Part shown: one piece after another, positions 1 to 12,279 of the stretch
How positions within the stretch are numbered: position 1 is the stretch's first letter
Layout: each line of letters starts with the position of its first letter
Assembly (NCBI GenBank): GCA_964016885.1
Contig: OZ024747.1
Location: 53,072,001 to 53,136,000, forward strand
DNA length: 64,000 bases
Direction: 5' to 3'
Origin: Eledone cirrhosa
Lineage: Eukaryota
Position numbers and translations under genes: made by a program
Notes under the pieces: model-generated
Database searches by the model: none
The model's input: the letters and a program-made list of their open reading frames with translations, nothing else
What the model was told of the DNA's origin: nothing

Positions 1-135
1 GTGTGTTCAGCAAGCCGACACAGATTGGCACCGCGGTCGGGATTATACATATCTCTATACTCACTCTGTATCTCCCCCACGCATTAAGTACTCCCATGAT
101 TAGTGGTCTCCCCGGTTCTCAGCACCTCAGCCTCT
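1..135 (+). mobile_element. Dispersed repeat fragment, probable PLE 3' end (distant relative of family D)
   Basis: Matches 16855-16920 (GCATTRAGTACTCCCATGATTARTGGTCTCCCC); 25-44 matches 16797-16816 in reverse complement. Confidence 0.5.
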
Positions 136-179
136 CTCTCTCAGACTCTCTCTCTCACTCTCTCTCTCTCTCTCTCTCT

Positions 180-224
<45 letters not shown>

Positions 225-239
225 CTCTCTCTACATACA

Positions 240-277
<38 letters not shown>

Positions 278-284
278 ATACACA

Positions 285-326
<42 letters not shown>

Positions 327-602
327 TATATATGTGAAATAAACGCTTAGACATACATCTGTCTTTACGTTTATTTCATACATAGAAACTCTGTTACGTT
401 TGATCACCACTTTTATGTTGAATAGATACAACTGATGTGGAGTGTTCTTACCTGCATACACCTGTTTATCAACAAGTTGTCATTACACATCTCTGACGGA
501 TAAACAACACAATAATTAACAATATACATATATGTATATATATTGCTTGGCACTCCATTACATGTGAAGTGCAGGCTCATTTCATCACACACAAAAACTT
601 AC

Positions 603-674
603 GAAATCAATAAACTCCTGCTTAATAGTGCTGTCTATGACGAAATGTGAAAATGGTGCATTGCATTCTGAGAC
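603..674 (-). CDS. Possible 72-nt coding exon (VSECNAPFSHFVIDSTIKQEFIDF)
   Basis: Minus-strand CAG acceptor and GTAAGT donor bound an open phase 0-0 segment; no homology recognised. Confidence 0.2.
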
Positions 675-910
675 CTGGACACTGATACGGAAATAGTTGG
701 TGTGGAATTGTGTCAGGTCACAGATGTGCGACGAAACTTCATAGAAGACGATATTATTAAGACATATACGAGTAACAGTAGGTAAAAGACCACAGTAGAA
801 CGTAAAAGTTCTTTTCTTTAATGCTCTTACCCTCTTCTCCATCCCACCTCACCTCATCCCACTTTTCGCCATGAATTATGGGGAGGAGAATTACTTCCTC
901 ATTTTTATCA

Positions 911-1408
911 CGCCGGCGAATTGGTAGATTCATTAAAATATGGGATTATATGTCTCAGAATTTGATCCGGCTCATTGTGCTGAAATCAACTTTGCCCGGC
1001 TCACTGTGCTGAGATCAACTTTGCACAGCTCACTGTGCTGAGATCAACTTTGCCCAGCTCATTGTGCTGAGATCAACTTTGCACGACTCACTCTGCTAAG
1101 ATCAACTTTGCATGGCTCATTGTGCTGAGATTAACTTTGTCCAGCTCATTGTGCTGAGATCAACTTTGCACGAATCACTCTGCTGAGATCAACTTTGCAT
1201 GGCTCATTGTGCTGAGATCAACTTTGCACAGCTCATTGTGTTGAGATCAACTTTGCCTAGCTCATTGTGCTGAGATCAACTTTGCACGACTCACTCTGCT
1301 GAGATCAACTTTGCATGGCTCATTGTGCTGAGATCAACTTTGCCCGACTCACTGTACTGAGATCAACTTTCCCTTTAATCCTTTAGAGGTTGATAAATAG
1401 AGTAGCGG
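911..1408 (+). mobile_element. Degenerate tRNA-SINE (family S1) with internal minisatellite
   Basis: 5' GGCGAATTGGTAGA and 3' CAACTTTCCCTTTAATCCTTTAGAGGTTGATAAA resemble S1 copies at 9332 and 13842. Confidence 0.6.
971..1371 (+). repeat. 29-bp minisatellite, about 14 copies (CTCATTGTGCTGAGATCAACTTTGCACAG)
   Basis: Tandem units start at 971, 1000, 1029 and so on. Confidence 0.95.
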
Positions 1409-1713
1409 TCAACTAAAATACAACATTGACATTACCACTTTCACCACATTCACCACCACCAACGCCGCCGACACCACTACCACCACCACCACCACCACCA
1501 CCACTGCTACAGCCGCCACCGCCACCACCATCATCATCAGCATGATATACACCACCGTGTATATCATGGTACGCCATTTGAAGTACAGATACAGTCAACA
1601 GTTTCAGTCTACCCAGTTTAAATCGTAAGGCAGGGGTCTACTCGAGGTTCTGTTAAATGACACATGTCTATGATGCCGCGCAATGGGCGTCAGCAATGGT
1701 TTGACAATGACTG

Positions 1714-1761
<48 letters not shown>

Positions 1762-1764
<3 letters not shown>

Positions 1765-2338
1765 TAAAGAACAAAAAACAAAAACAATAACGAAGAGTGC
1801 AGTACAAACAGTGTTGGTATTAGGTTTAAGCTTGAGAGTGAGGGTGGGGGGCGACGTTTCGGGCATAAACCCTTCACCAGGAGAAAAGTGGGAAGGAAAA
1901 GAGTTCCTAGGGTGTGAGGCGTGTAGAGGTGGTGGTAGGTGGATGGAGGTGTGTGTGTGTATAGGGGCGGCGAGGGGGACGGTCAAAAGCTAAAGGAAGA
2001 GGGGTGGGGAGTTCAGGCCCAGGGTGGGGGTCTGTAGGGTGAAATTGATGTGTTGTTCGGCCGTAAGTCGGGTTTCGGGGGTCTCATGGCATTCGATCTA
2101 TCCACAAACGGTGAGGTGGTTGGCGGAGTGTCCAGGGGAACCAAAGTAGTGGGCGATGGGGGAACTGCCGCCGAGACGAATATCTCGGAGGTGCTCCGTG
2201 AACCGCAGTGCAGCGAAGTCTATAGACGAGGTGGGAGGAGGTGCAGCGGAAGGCATGCCGGACAGAGAGAGTGGCTGTTGGGACCCTGGAAGGCGGTGGT
2301 GTTGGTAATGTGGAGACAGGTGTGGCAGCGGGGTCTGG
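1762..2338 (-). mobile_element. PLE 3' fragment: decayed GIY-YIG endonuclease plus 3' UTR
   Basis: Minus-strand frames read RCHTCLHI..F, FRCTSSHLVYRLRC, RFTEHLRDIR..PIAHYF..GH, EQHINFTLQT..LGLN, typical of PLE endonuclease; frameshifts, a stop and loss of the YIG segment. Confidence 0.8.
1852..1883 (-). ncRNA. Minimal hammerhead ribozyme, mutated core
   Basis: CTGGTGA-A-GGGT/TTAT/GCCC-GAAA-CGTC downstream of the PLE ORF; stem I is poor. Confidence 0.6.
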
Positions 2339-2411
2339 AGAATATATATATATATACATATATATATACAATATATTAACAAATGGAAACTATATTTATA
2401 AGACCATATTT

Positions 2412-2476
2412 ATTTCATTATACATATTTCAAGGGCCACCAAAAACAAACCATGGTGCGCTTTCATCAGATAAAAT
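2412..2476 (-). ncRNA. Type I hammerhead ribozyme (family A)
   Basis: ATTTTAT-CTGATGA-AAG...CTT-GAAA-TATGTAT-A-ATGAAAT. Confidence 0.8.
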
Positions 2477-2594
2477 ATAATATAGGTTAGTTTTATAAAT
2501 AAATATTGACATACCCTTAAAAAATGCAACCATTCTGGTTGGAATTTCCTGTTATAAAAATATTTAGCTTGTATCCCAACAAATTAAATATAAC

Positions 2595-2675
<81 letters not shown>

Positions 2676-2688
2676 CACATATATATAT

Positions 2689-2800
2689 ATGGCTGAGTTG
2701 GTTAGAGAATTAGGTTCACAATCGCGAGGTTATGAATTCGATTCCCGGACCGGGCGATGCGTTATGTCCTTGAGCAAGACACTTTATTTCACATTGCTCC
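2689..2800 (+). mobile_element. tRNA-derived SINE (family S2), 5' part
   Basis: A-box TGGCTGAGTTGG, B-box-like GAATTCGATTCC, then TCCTTGAGCAAGACACTT. Confidence 0.8.
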
Positions 2801-2827
2801 TTCTACCTGGAGTTGCGATCGATATTA

Positions 2828-2884
<57 letters not shown>

Positions 2885-2886
2885 GT

Positions 2887-3078
2887 CGGTTCGATTCCTG
2901 CGTTGCGAGTTGTGTTCTTGAGCAAAACACTTCATTTCACGTTGCTCCAGTATACTCAGCTGAAAATGAGTACCAGCAATAGCAGGGGGCTTAACTCTGC
3001 GATGGACTGGCGTCCTGTCCAGGATGGAGTTTTGTACTCTCATTCACATCACGCCATGAAATGAGCCTTAAGACGGAC
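2887..3078 (+). mobile_element. tRNA-derived SINE S2 with V/Meta-like central domain
   Basis: B-box GGTTCGATTCC, TTGAGCAAAACACTT, GCGATGGACTGGCGTCCTGTCCAGG; reverse copy at 16470-16650. Confidence 0.75.
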
Positions 3079-3180
3079 TTTAGACACTTATACATATATA
3101 TATATATATATAGATAACTTGGTCAGTAGCAATTGGAACACATGTATACTTATATCTGTATTCATCCCTCTCATATATCC

Positions 3181-3243
<63 letters not shown>

Positions 3244-3264
3244 CATTTAACATCTCAGGGTATG

Positions 3265-3306
<42 letters not shown>

Positions 3307-3342
3307 CCATTTAACATCTCAGGGTATGTCATGTATCATTAT

Positions 3343-3395
3343 ATTTTGTCTGATGAGGACGTACTGTTGTACCTCTGAAATATGTATAATAAAAT
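3343..3395 (+). ncRNA. Type I hammerhead ribozyme (family A) within PLE-end fragment 3304-3530
   Basis: ATTTTGT-CTGATGA-GGACGTAC/TGTT/GTACCTCT-GAAA-TATGTAT-A-ATAAAAT. Confidence 0.85.
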
Positions 3396-4265
3396 TTAAT
3401 TGATCAAAAGAACATCTATTTGTATTTTAATATTAATAACTCTGGAAAATTATTTAATTGTAGAGTGCTTCCAATCTACTGTAAAACTCATTCTTTGATG
3501 TACTCATTGAATCTTGTTTAACTCTTTAATATATATATTAATAATCTAGTGCAGAGCCTAGTGCATAATCTAGTGCATAATCTAGTGCAGTTTCCACTGA
3601 CCAATATCATTCAAAACGCTTGGCTCTGCACTAGATTATGCCAAATGGTACCTGCTCAAGATACTACGATGGGAGGTGTTATTGAACCTTGGACGTGATG
3701 ATTCCAAGACATTCAGCCATGCTACGTTCACCCCTCTCACCAGTGTGAGCCTAAAGTCTTTCCCTGATTATACAATACCATATCTCAGATACTATTTGAG
3801 ATTTCAGTTTTTCATTGTTTTAATATATACATTTTTCAATTTACAAGTATTTCTGAACATGTCTTACATTTTCTCTTCTTCAGGAAGTTGTAATTTTCAG
3901 TAACGAAATGGCATCAATAAAACTAAAAGCTCACTGTGTTTTGTGGTTTCAAAGAATTTATGCTCACCCTGTATATAATGGGCCTCCGTCAGTTTCAAGA
4001 TGAGTGTTCTAGTTGATCGGTAAAAGGACAAGCTGGTTAAGTTCCACAAAGACACGTGTACTTTTAACGTTAAAACAGAGAAGAATGTAGTGAATGATAT
4101 ATAAAGCTAGATTAATCAAGACAGGAACACCTTTGTCTGCGTGAATATGGTTAACCCCGGGTTAAATAACAACAAATGACAACAACAATTATAACAACAA
4201 ATACGGCAACAAATACAACAAAAAGAAAACACAACAAATATAAGAAATACAACTAAAATACATTG

Positions 4266-5250
4266 ACACCGCCACCGCCACCGCCACCACCACCACCACC
4301 ACCACCACCACCACCACCGCTACCACAACCACCACCGCCACTGCTACCACCGCCACCACAACCACCACCACCACAACCACCAGCACCACCAACAATACCA
4401 CCACCACCACCACCACCACCACCACCGCTACCACAATTACCACCGCCACTACTACCACCGCCACCACCTCCACCACCACCACAACCACCACCAACACTAC
4501 CACCACCACCACCACCGCTACCACAACCACCACCGCCACTACTACCACCGCCACCACAACCACCACCACCACAACCACCAGCACCACCAACACTACCACC
4601 ACCACCACCACCACCACCACCACCGCTACCACAATTACCACCGCCACTACTACCACCGCCACCACCTCCACCACCACCACAACCACCACCACCACCAACA
4701 CTACCACCACCACCACCACTACCACTACCACCACCACCACCACCGCCACTACTACCACCGCCACCACCACCACCACCACCGCCGCCACTACTAACACCAC
4801 CACCACAACCACTACTACCACCGCCACCACAACCACCACCACCACCACTACCACCACCACCACCACCACTACCACCGCCACCACCACCACTACCACCACC
4901 ACCACCACCACCACCACCACCGCCACCGCCACCACCATCACCACCGCCACTACTACCACCGCCACCACAACCACTACTACCACCGCCGCCACCACCACCA
5001 CCACCACCGCCGCCACCGCCGCCGCCACTACTAGCACCACCACCACAACAACTACTACCACCGCCACCACCACCACAACCACCACTGCCACCACCGCCGC
5101 CGCCACCACCACCACCACCACCACCACCGCCACTACCACCACCGCCACCACAACCACTACTACCACCGCCACCACAACCACTACTACCACCACCACCACC
5201 ACCACCACCACCACCACCACCGCCACCACCACCACCGCCACCACCACCAC

Positions 5251-5290
<40 letters not shown>
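4266..5290. repeat. (CCA/CCG/CTA)n trinucleotide tract ending in (CAG)n
   Basis: Direct reading; poly-Pro and poly-Val ORFs are artefacts. Confidence 0.95.
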
Positions 5291-5504
5291 GTGATATAAT
5301 TGTTAAGTAAGACGCTAGAAGCTGACAGCTACTAATTATAATGGATACCGCTCGTGTTGAGGGTATCACCTTACCCGGGTGTATATATGTATGTACTTGG
5401 TTATGTACTTGAGTATGTATACTACAAATATATATAAATATACATACATGTATATATATATAGCGGGGGAGTGCCATTGTTAATGTTAGGGCATGCATAT
5501 ACGC

Positions 5505-6193
5505 ATACATATATATTTATTCATATATATATATATAAGTGTATGCACGCACACACACACACACACACATATATATTTATTCATATATATATATGTGTAT
5601 ACACACATACACACACACATATATATATTTATTCATATATATATATATAAGTGTATATACACCCACACACACACACATATATTTATTCATATATATATAT
5701 GTGTATACACACATACACACACACATATATATATTTATTCATATATATATATATAAGTGTATATACACCCACACACACACATATATATTTATTCATATAT
5801 ATATATATAAGTGTATATACACCCACACACACACATATATATTTATTCATATATATATATATAAGTGTATATACACCCACACACACACACATATATTTAT
5901 TCATATATATATATGTGTATACACACATACACACACACATATATATATTTATTCATATATATATATATAAGCGTATACACAAACACACACACACACATAT
6001 ATTTATTCATATATATATATGTGTATACACACATACACACACACATATATATATATATTTATTCATATATATATATATATAAGTGTATATACACCCACAC
6101 ACACATATATATTTATTCATATATATATAAGTGTATACACACACACACACAAACACACACACATATATATATATTCATATATATATAAGTGTA

Positions 6194-6237
<44 letters not shown>

Positions 6238-6260
6238 TATATACATATAAATATATATAC
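5505..6260. repeat. Compound TA/CA minisatellite with recurring TTTATTCATAT and AAGTGTAT anchors
   Basis: Direct reading. Confidence 0.9.
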
Positions 6261-7029
6261 ACAGACGCACTTTCAGAAATGCAAGCTTTTTGTTGATGTT
6301 ATTGTTGTTGCTAGCAGTGTTTGATAAAATCAGTAATGGTAGAAAAGGTGTTAAGTTCTTTCTAATGTTGTCAGGAGTAGAGGGTATTTTTATTGGGGGG
6401 GGGGGGGCTATGTTGGGTGGTACATCTTCCGAGTGGTGCTAGATGGAGTACAAGATAGCTTGGTTTGATTCTGTTCCGTATTATACATTTTGGGTGGTAC
6501 TTCTTTGGCAAATAGTTTTGAATACTGAATTCAAAATTTTGTATCAAGATTCTTTTCCGTTATGTGTAATATATATATATATATATATAATGGGTCCGTC
6601 GAGCTGCCGATCATTGAGTCGGGTAGGATCGATACAGATCGAACCTTGAGCTGATCAGTGGCGAAACGTGCGTCACCTACCAATAAATGTAATGAAGGAG
6701 TAACCAATCGTCCTTGTTATCCTTTCAATATATTACACATTGTATAGCTCTACACCTCAACACAGAAGTGAACCCAAACATCGAGTGCTCTCCCGGGTGA
6801 ACCTGCAGTAACTCCAAGTTACACCCCCTGGATATATATATATATATAACCAAATATATATATATAACCAATATATATATATATAACCAAAGATTAGTAT
6901 GGTTCGTTGATTACTCAACGAATACAATTTTACAATAGATTAGAAGCACTCAACAGTACGTTTTCCTGGAGTTTTTAATATTATTCAAAATGTTAACAAA
7001 TGAAAAATATTCGCATAATCAAAATATAT

Positions 7030-7082
7030 ACTTTATTATATATATTTCAAAAGTACATCAGTACGTTTTCATCAGACAAAAT
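7030..7082 (-). ncRNA. Type I hammerhead ribozyme (family A) within PLE-end fragment 6890-7110
   Basis: ATTTTGT-CTGATGA-AAACGTAC/TGAT/GTACTTTT-GAAA-TATATAT-A-ATAAAGT. Confidence 0.85.
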
Positions 7083-7159
7083 ATATGATTTGATATATGA
7101 CATACCACTACGGTCTTGATTATTCAATTTCAGTATTGGCAGTATTCACAGTACCTTTG

Positions 7160-7201
<42 letters not shown>

Positions 7202-7256
7202 CCTGTCAGCATGACTTGGCAAGCTATTTAGAACACTGGTTTAACCGCTTTACTTC

Positions 7257-7291
7257 CCTCCGAAGAAGAGATATTATCTCGAAAATTAAGG
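7257..7291 (+). ncRNA. Minimal hammerhead ribozyme, CCGAAGA core variant
   Basis: CCT-CCGAAGA-A-GAGAT/ATT/ATCTC-GAAA-ATT-A-AGG. Confidence 0.65.
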
Positions 7292-7515
7292 ACATTTAAA
7301 TAAATCTAAGGTAAACGACTAATTGTCAACAATATCTTTTGCATTTGCATTCTTTATTCTATGTCCATACCTGCATTGTTTTGGCTTTATTATACATATA
7401 CAAACGTTTACATATATATATATATATATTTGTGTGTGTGTGTGTGTGTGTCTGTTATTGTGTGTGCGCGAGCGCGTGTGTGTAATGTTTAATACAGAAA
7501 TGGCTGTTTCATTTA

Positions 7516-7994
7516 AAAGAAATCAACAACTCCAAATGTTATCTCGACTTCACCTCCTCCCATCCAACCCATACGAAATACTCCATACCCTATTCCCAAC
7601 TCCTCCGTTTTCGTCGGCTCTGTAGCCAGGACGACGATTTCGAAACCCATTCCCTCCGGATGGCGTCCTGCTTCATCCAGCGCGGATATCCCCACCCCCA
7701 CCCTGATCCAAGCTGCTCTCACCCGGGCCCATGAAACAGACCGCACCACAGTCTTCTCAATTCAACCCCGTATGCAAGAGATGTCAACATGAATGGACCT
7801 GTTATTTTTATCTAAAGACATTTTTTCCAATTCCATCCCGCCCGTCCCCTCAATCTATTTTATTTCTTATTCTTTTTTCTGACGAAGGACTAGCGTCCGA
7901 AACGTTAAGACCCTCTTCCTGCTATATCAAGCGTTGACCTAATATATACCTTCCATATACTGTACCGATTGTGTTGTTATTTCTGTTTACATTT

Positions 7995-8000
<6 letters not shown>
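7516..8000 (+). mobile_element. PLE fragment: RT thumb joined to an HHR-bearing 3' end
   Basis: Frame from 7540 reads YLDFTSSHPTHTKYSIPYSQLLRFRRLCSQDDDF..F..RGYP (PLE RT thumb), frameshift near 7693; 7775-7995 matches 61680-61903 in reverse. Confidence 0.85.
7872..7910 (+). ncRNA. Minimal hammerhead ribozyme (family B)
   Basis: TTTT-CTGACGA-A-GGAC/TAGC/GTCC-GAAA-CGT-T-AAGA. Confidence 0.75.
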
Positions 8001-8026
<26 letters not shown>

Positions 8027-8119
8027 CATGCAAAATGTAAACAGAAAGAATAAAGCAAACGATACAACAGTTCGAGAAAGAAATACATTAGTTTTACGCT
8101 TGATATAATAGCAAAGGAG

Positions 8120-8155
8120 TCTTAACATTTTGGACATTAGTCCTTCATCAGAAAA
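8120..8155 (-). ncRNA. Decayed family B hammerhead (GAAA changed to AAAA)
   Basis: CTGATGA-A-GGAC/TAAT/GTCC-AAAA-TGTT-AAGA; element is tail-to-tail with the 7516-8000 copy across (TA)n. Confidence 0.6.
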
Positions 8156-8515
8156 TAGAGTGGGAAATTAAAGAAATAGAAAGATAAAGAAAAGTCAGTA
8201 GTGGTAGAAATGAAAAAGAATTCTTTAAGAAAAGGCAAGTCTATTCAGTTCGCCATCTTGACAGGAGTAGAACTGTTTCACTCGTAAGAAATCATGAAAA
8301 CATTCTTGATGATTTCTTACAAATGAAAGTCCTGTAGAAGTAATTTCTACAATATATATATATATATGCAGAGGTTATATTTAATTTGTTGGGATTCAAC
8401 AAGCTTAAACATTATGGTGCGCTTTCATCAGATAAAATACAGACTATCCAGCGAATTTCAACCGTTGATTTTTGTCTTTTTTCCGGGTATGTCAATATTT
8501 ATAAAACAAATCTGT

Positions 8516-8579
8516 ATTTTATCTGATGAAAGCGCACCATAATTTACCTTGGTCGCCCTTGAAATATATATAATAAAAT
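8516..8579 (+). ncRNA. Type I hammerhead ribozyme (family A)
   Basis: ATTTTAT-CTGATGA-AAGCG...CGCCCTT-GAAA-TATATAT-A-ATAAAAT; inverted partial copy at 8411-8443. Confidence 0.85.
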
Positions 8580-8646
8580 AAATATGTGATTCGCAATCGT
8601 GAGGTTTGATTTCGATTCCCGGACCGGGTGATGCGTCATGTCCTTG

Positions 8647-8705
<59 letters not shown>

Positions 8706-8807
8706 GAATAAGTCTACATGTGTATCTACGGTTGACTGAACATAATCATATAATGAATGCGTCAAATAAATCTATTTAAACCACTTAATCTTACATGTTT
8801 GATATAT

Positions 8808-8925
<118 letters not shown>

Positions 8926-9331
8926 GGCGGTGCTAATGAGGTGGTAAGTAAGACGTCTAGTAGACTGTGGCTGTATTATTGTTGTTGTTGTTGTTGTCAT
9001 TGAAGTTATTTTGAAGTTATTAATAGCATCGTGATATCGGTGGTGCTATTATTTAACCTCAGGGCAATCTTCTTTAAGCTATTTTCAAAATCATCCCAAC
9101 CAGGACCACTTCAACTTTTTTATTGATCAGACCAGGCCCTATATTTTTCAATTTGTTCGTTCTTCTTTTTTTTTTATAACAACTATGTATATTTGAGAGA
9201 ATACACCTGTTATTTCTAGCACGTCAAATGTTTCCACAAAATATCATTCGTTGTTTTTTTATGTTTTGTTGATGGTAACAATCTGTTAACCCGTTGCTTG
9301 TTACTAGTTATATTCATCTGCTATTAATAAT

Positions 9332-9519
9332 TGTTTCTATTTTAGGCACAAGGCCAGAAATTATCCAGTACATTACTGGTACTTTATTTTATCGACCCGT
9401 AAGGATGAAAGGCAAAGTTAACCTCGGCGGAATTTGAACTCAGATCATAAAGGGACGTAACTCTATGCTTCAAAGCATGGTGTCCGACTCTCTACCGATA
9501 CTGCCAATCCACCGCCCTT
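9332..9519 (-). mobile_element. tRNA-SINE S1 with 16-bp target-site duplication
   Basis: GGCGGTGGATTGGCAG...GAGTTCAAATTCCGCCGAGG; ATCTGCTATTAATAAT at 9316-9331 and 9524-9539. Confidence 0.9.
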
Positions 9520-9540
9520 AATAATCTGCTATTAATAATC

Positions 9541-9700
9541 AGGGTCAGACATGCTTTCCAGCGTAGTTACGTCCCTTTACGATCTGAGTTCAAATCCCGC
9601 CGAGGTTAACTTTGCCTTTCATCCTTACGGGGTTGATAAAATAAAGTACCAGTAATGTACTGTTTTATTGCTGGCCTTGTGCCAAAAGTAGAAACAATTA
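9541..9700 (+). mobile_element. tRNA-SINE S1, 5'-truncated, inverted to its neighbour
   Basis: GAGTTCAAATCCCGCCGAGGTTAACTTTGCCTTTCATCC. Confidence 0.9.
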
Positions 9701-9811
9701 ATAATCATTAGTCTAATCTGTGTTCAGCTTTCTCCTATTGATACAGCCCATTCTTCCAAATAAAATAATTTCATTTTACAGTTTGTCAAGCTGACAAACC
9801 TAATTTTTGAA

Positions 9812-9827
9812 ACTCCTTGCTCTGGCC

Positions 9828-9867
<40 letters not shown>

Positions 9868-9911
9868 TCTTTGTTATGACCACAATAATATATATACTCC
9901 TTGCTCTGGCC

Positions 9912-9979
<68 letters not shown>

Positions 9980-10290
9980 TCTTTGTTATGACCACAATAA
10001 TATATATACTCCTTGCTCCGACCACAATAATATATATATATATATAGTGAAAGAGTGAAGAATAACATGGTTAACAGTACAAACAGGGTTTTATTTACAG
10101 TATTAACAATTGTTTCATTGATTAGGTTGTCTAAAAATTGCTAATCACTTGAAGTTGTGTATATATACCTCTTGCTCAGTCCACAATAATATATATATAC
10201 TCCTTGCTCTGACCACAATAATATATATACTCCTTGCTTTGACCACAATATATATATATATATACAATCCTTGCTCTGACCACAATATAT
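9812..10290. repeat. Minisatellite ACTCCTTGCTCTGACCACAATAAT+(AT)n, interrupted at about 10046-10160
   Basis: About 9 units with variable TA linkers. Confidence 0.85.
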
Positions 10291-10315
10291 ATTTATATCT
10301 TCTTCTGTACATCCG

Positions 10316-11160
10316 TTACTGGTGCCATGACAAAGCTTCTCCGACCAGTATTTTCATCTGAATTTCCTCTGCTTCTAACCCAGTGTCATCTTCAAGAACA
10401 TCCTTCAATGATGTTGTTGGTGTCCCAACACATCTGCACACATCAGGTTTCCAGAAAAAAACTCTGTCAGCAGGTTTATTGTGACGTTTTACACATTCGG
10501 CTAATGTGAGCCTCCTACGCCTTATCATATCAGAATGGTGACGGTGTGAGCCATAAAGTAATTTCTTTGGAATGTGTGTTCTGCAAGACATGTTCTGGAC
10601 CTTTTTTTTAGCATTTGCAAGTATTTAATTGCATTCGCGATCTAATGGAGGTATCCTATACGCAAGAAGAATTTTGGCCGTCTTCTTTCGGTCGACAAAT
10701 AAAAAGTGTTTTTGAAATCTATGAATACAATTGCTGCCTCCTTCTTGTGATTCTGTACCTCCTCAACAATCCTTGTGTGTGGAAGTAGAGCGAAATGGCC
10801 GAAATCCATTTCCGTTAGAACGTAGAATATTGTAAGTCTTTCATGCCATTTGCGTAAGACTGATGCCTCTATAGGTGGTGCCCATGGTAAGGTCACCTTT
10901 CTTGGTTATTTGTACAATTCCTGATATTGCTCATTCCACAGGCATGTGCCCTTCAAAGGTTTCGATGCAGAAGTCTCTAAGAAACTTGCGAGCTTTGGGT
11001 AGCTTCCATAGGTCTCCACTTAGGCCATCAAGCCCAGTAGCTTTGCATGGTTTCATTGCTTTCTGTGCACAGTCTACCTCTTCTATGGAGAATTCAGTGG
11101 TGTTTATCTCTAGATGGACTTCAATCGCTACGTTAGGAAGACATCTTAATATTGCTGATT
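10316..11160 (-). mobile_element. Decayed RTE-clade LINE (RT and C-terminal fragments)
   Basis: KATGLDG, KKGDL..YRGISL, IVEE...AIVFIDFKNTF, IRRRRL..VFFWKP..LEDDTGL; internal deletion, stops and frameshifts. Confidence 0.85.
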
Positions 11161-11457
11161 GAGAAAAGACAAAGACAATTTTGGTGCTTCCCTCATTTTA
11201 ATTGAAAGGCATGATACCTGCAATCCAGATGTCACAGTCCCCAACACTCTTCCGCCTTGCTTACACTTCTTATGCATATTTGGTCAAGCGCTCTACAATT
11301 TACTTTATTAAGGATTCATAAATACACATGTATATATAAAATATTTGTTTTAAATAAATAGATAAATAAATAAATATATGAAAATTGTTATTCAAGTGTT
11401 GAGTATTTTATCTGAAAAATATCATCTTTTGCTCCATACCTCTCTTATTTATACTCC

Positions 11458-11544
<87 letters not shown>

Positions 11545-12026
11545 GCTATCTATCTAGCCAAGACATCCTCTCGCCTTCCTTCCTCTTCATTAAAACAGAC
11601 TTAATCTTTCTCTCTTGTTTTCAATTCCCCTCCAAAATAATTATTCTTCGTGGAGGCCAGAAGGTCAAAATCATAATTTTTTAAACCAAGAGAATGTTAT
11701 GATTCAGATTGAAGGAAGAAAGGGGGGTGGGCAAGAGGAGGCCGAAGAGGAAAGGGAGGAGGAGAGTGAAGAGGAAACAGAAGGGGGGGGGGAGGAGCGT
11801 GAAAGCGAAGAAGGGATAGGTGAAGAGATCGAAGAAGAGGAGGAGGGTGAGGAGAAAAGAAAATTCAGTTAAGTATTTATTGTATTCGCTCTCTGAGTTC
11901 ATAAACATCATCATTATCATCATCACCATAAACATCATTATCAACAACAAGAACATTAATTTATTTCAATTTTTACATTCAATATTTTTCTTTTTTATTT
12001 CAGAGTTCATATATATATATTTTGTA

Positions 12027-12111
<85 letters not shown>

Positions 12112-12213
12112 CTGAAAATGATTTTAAGAAATGATCAAACGGATGTCAAAGGTTTATTAAAATCTAATTTTGGAATTTTAAAAATTAAGGGGAGTTTCTT
12201 CAAAGAATTAACC

Positions 12214-12279
<66 letters not shown>

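Noticed and set aside
971-1371. CRISPR-like regular repeats (also 9812-10290 and 37398-37700)
   Set aside because: No unique spacers, eukaryotic context, no cas genes
2689-2760. tRNA gene
   Set aside because: A and B boxes continue into a SINE body; no clean cloverleaf
4189-5294. Poly-Pro and poly-Val ORFs
   Set aside because: Pure (CCA)n-type microsatellite translation with no flanking domain
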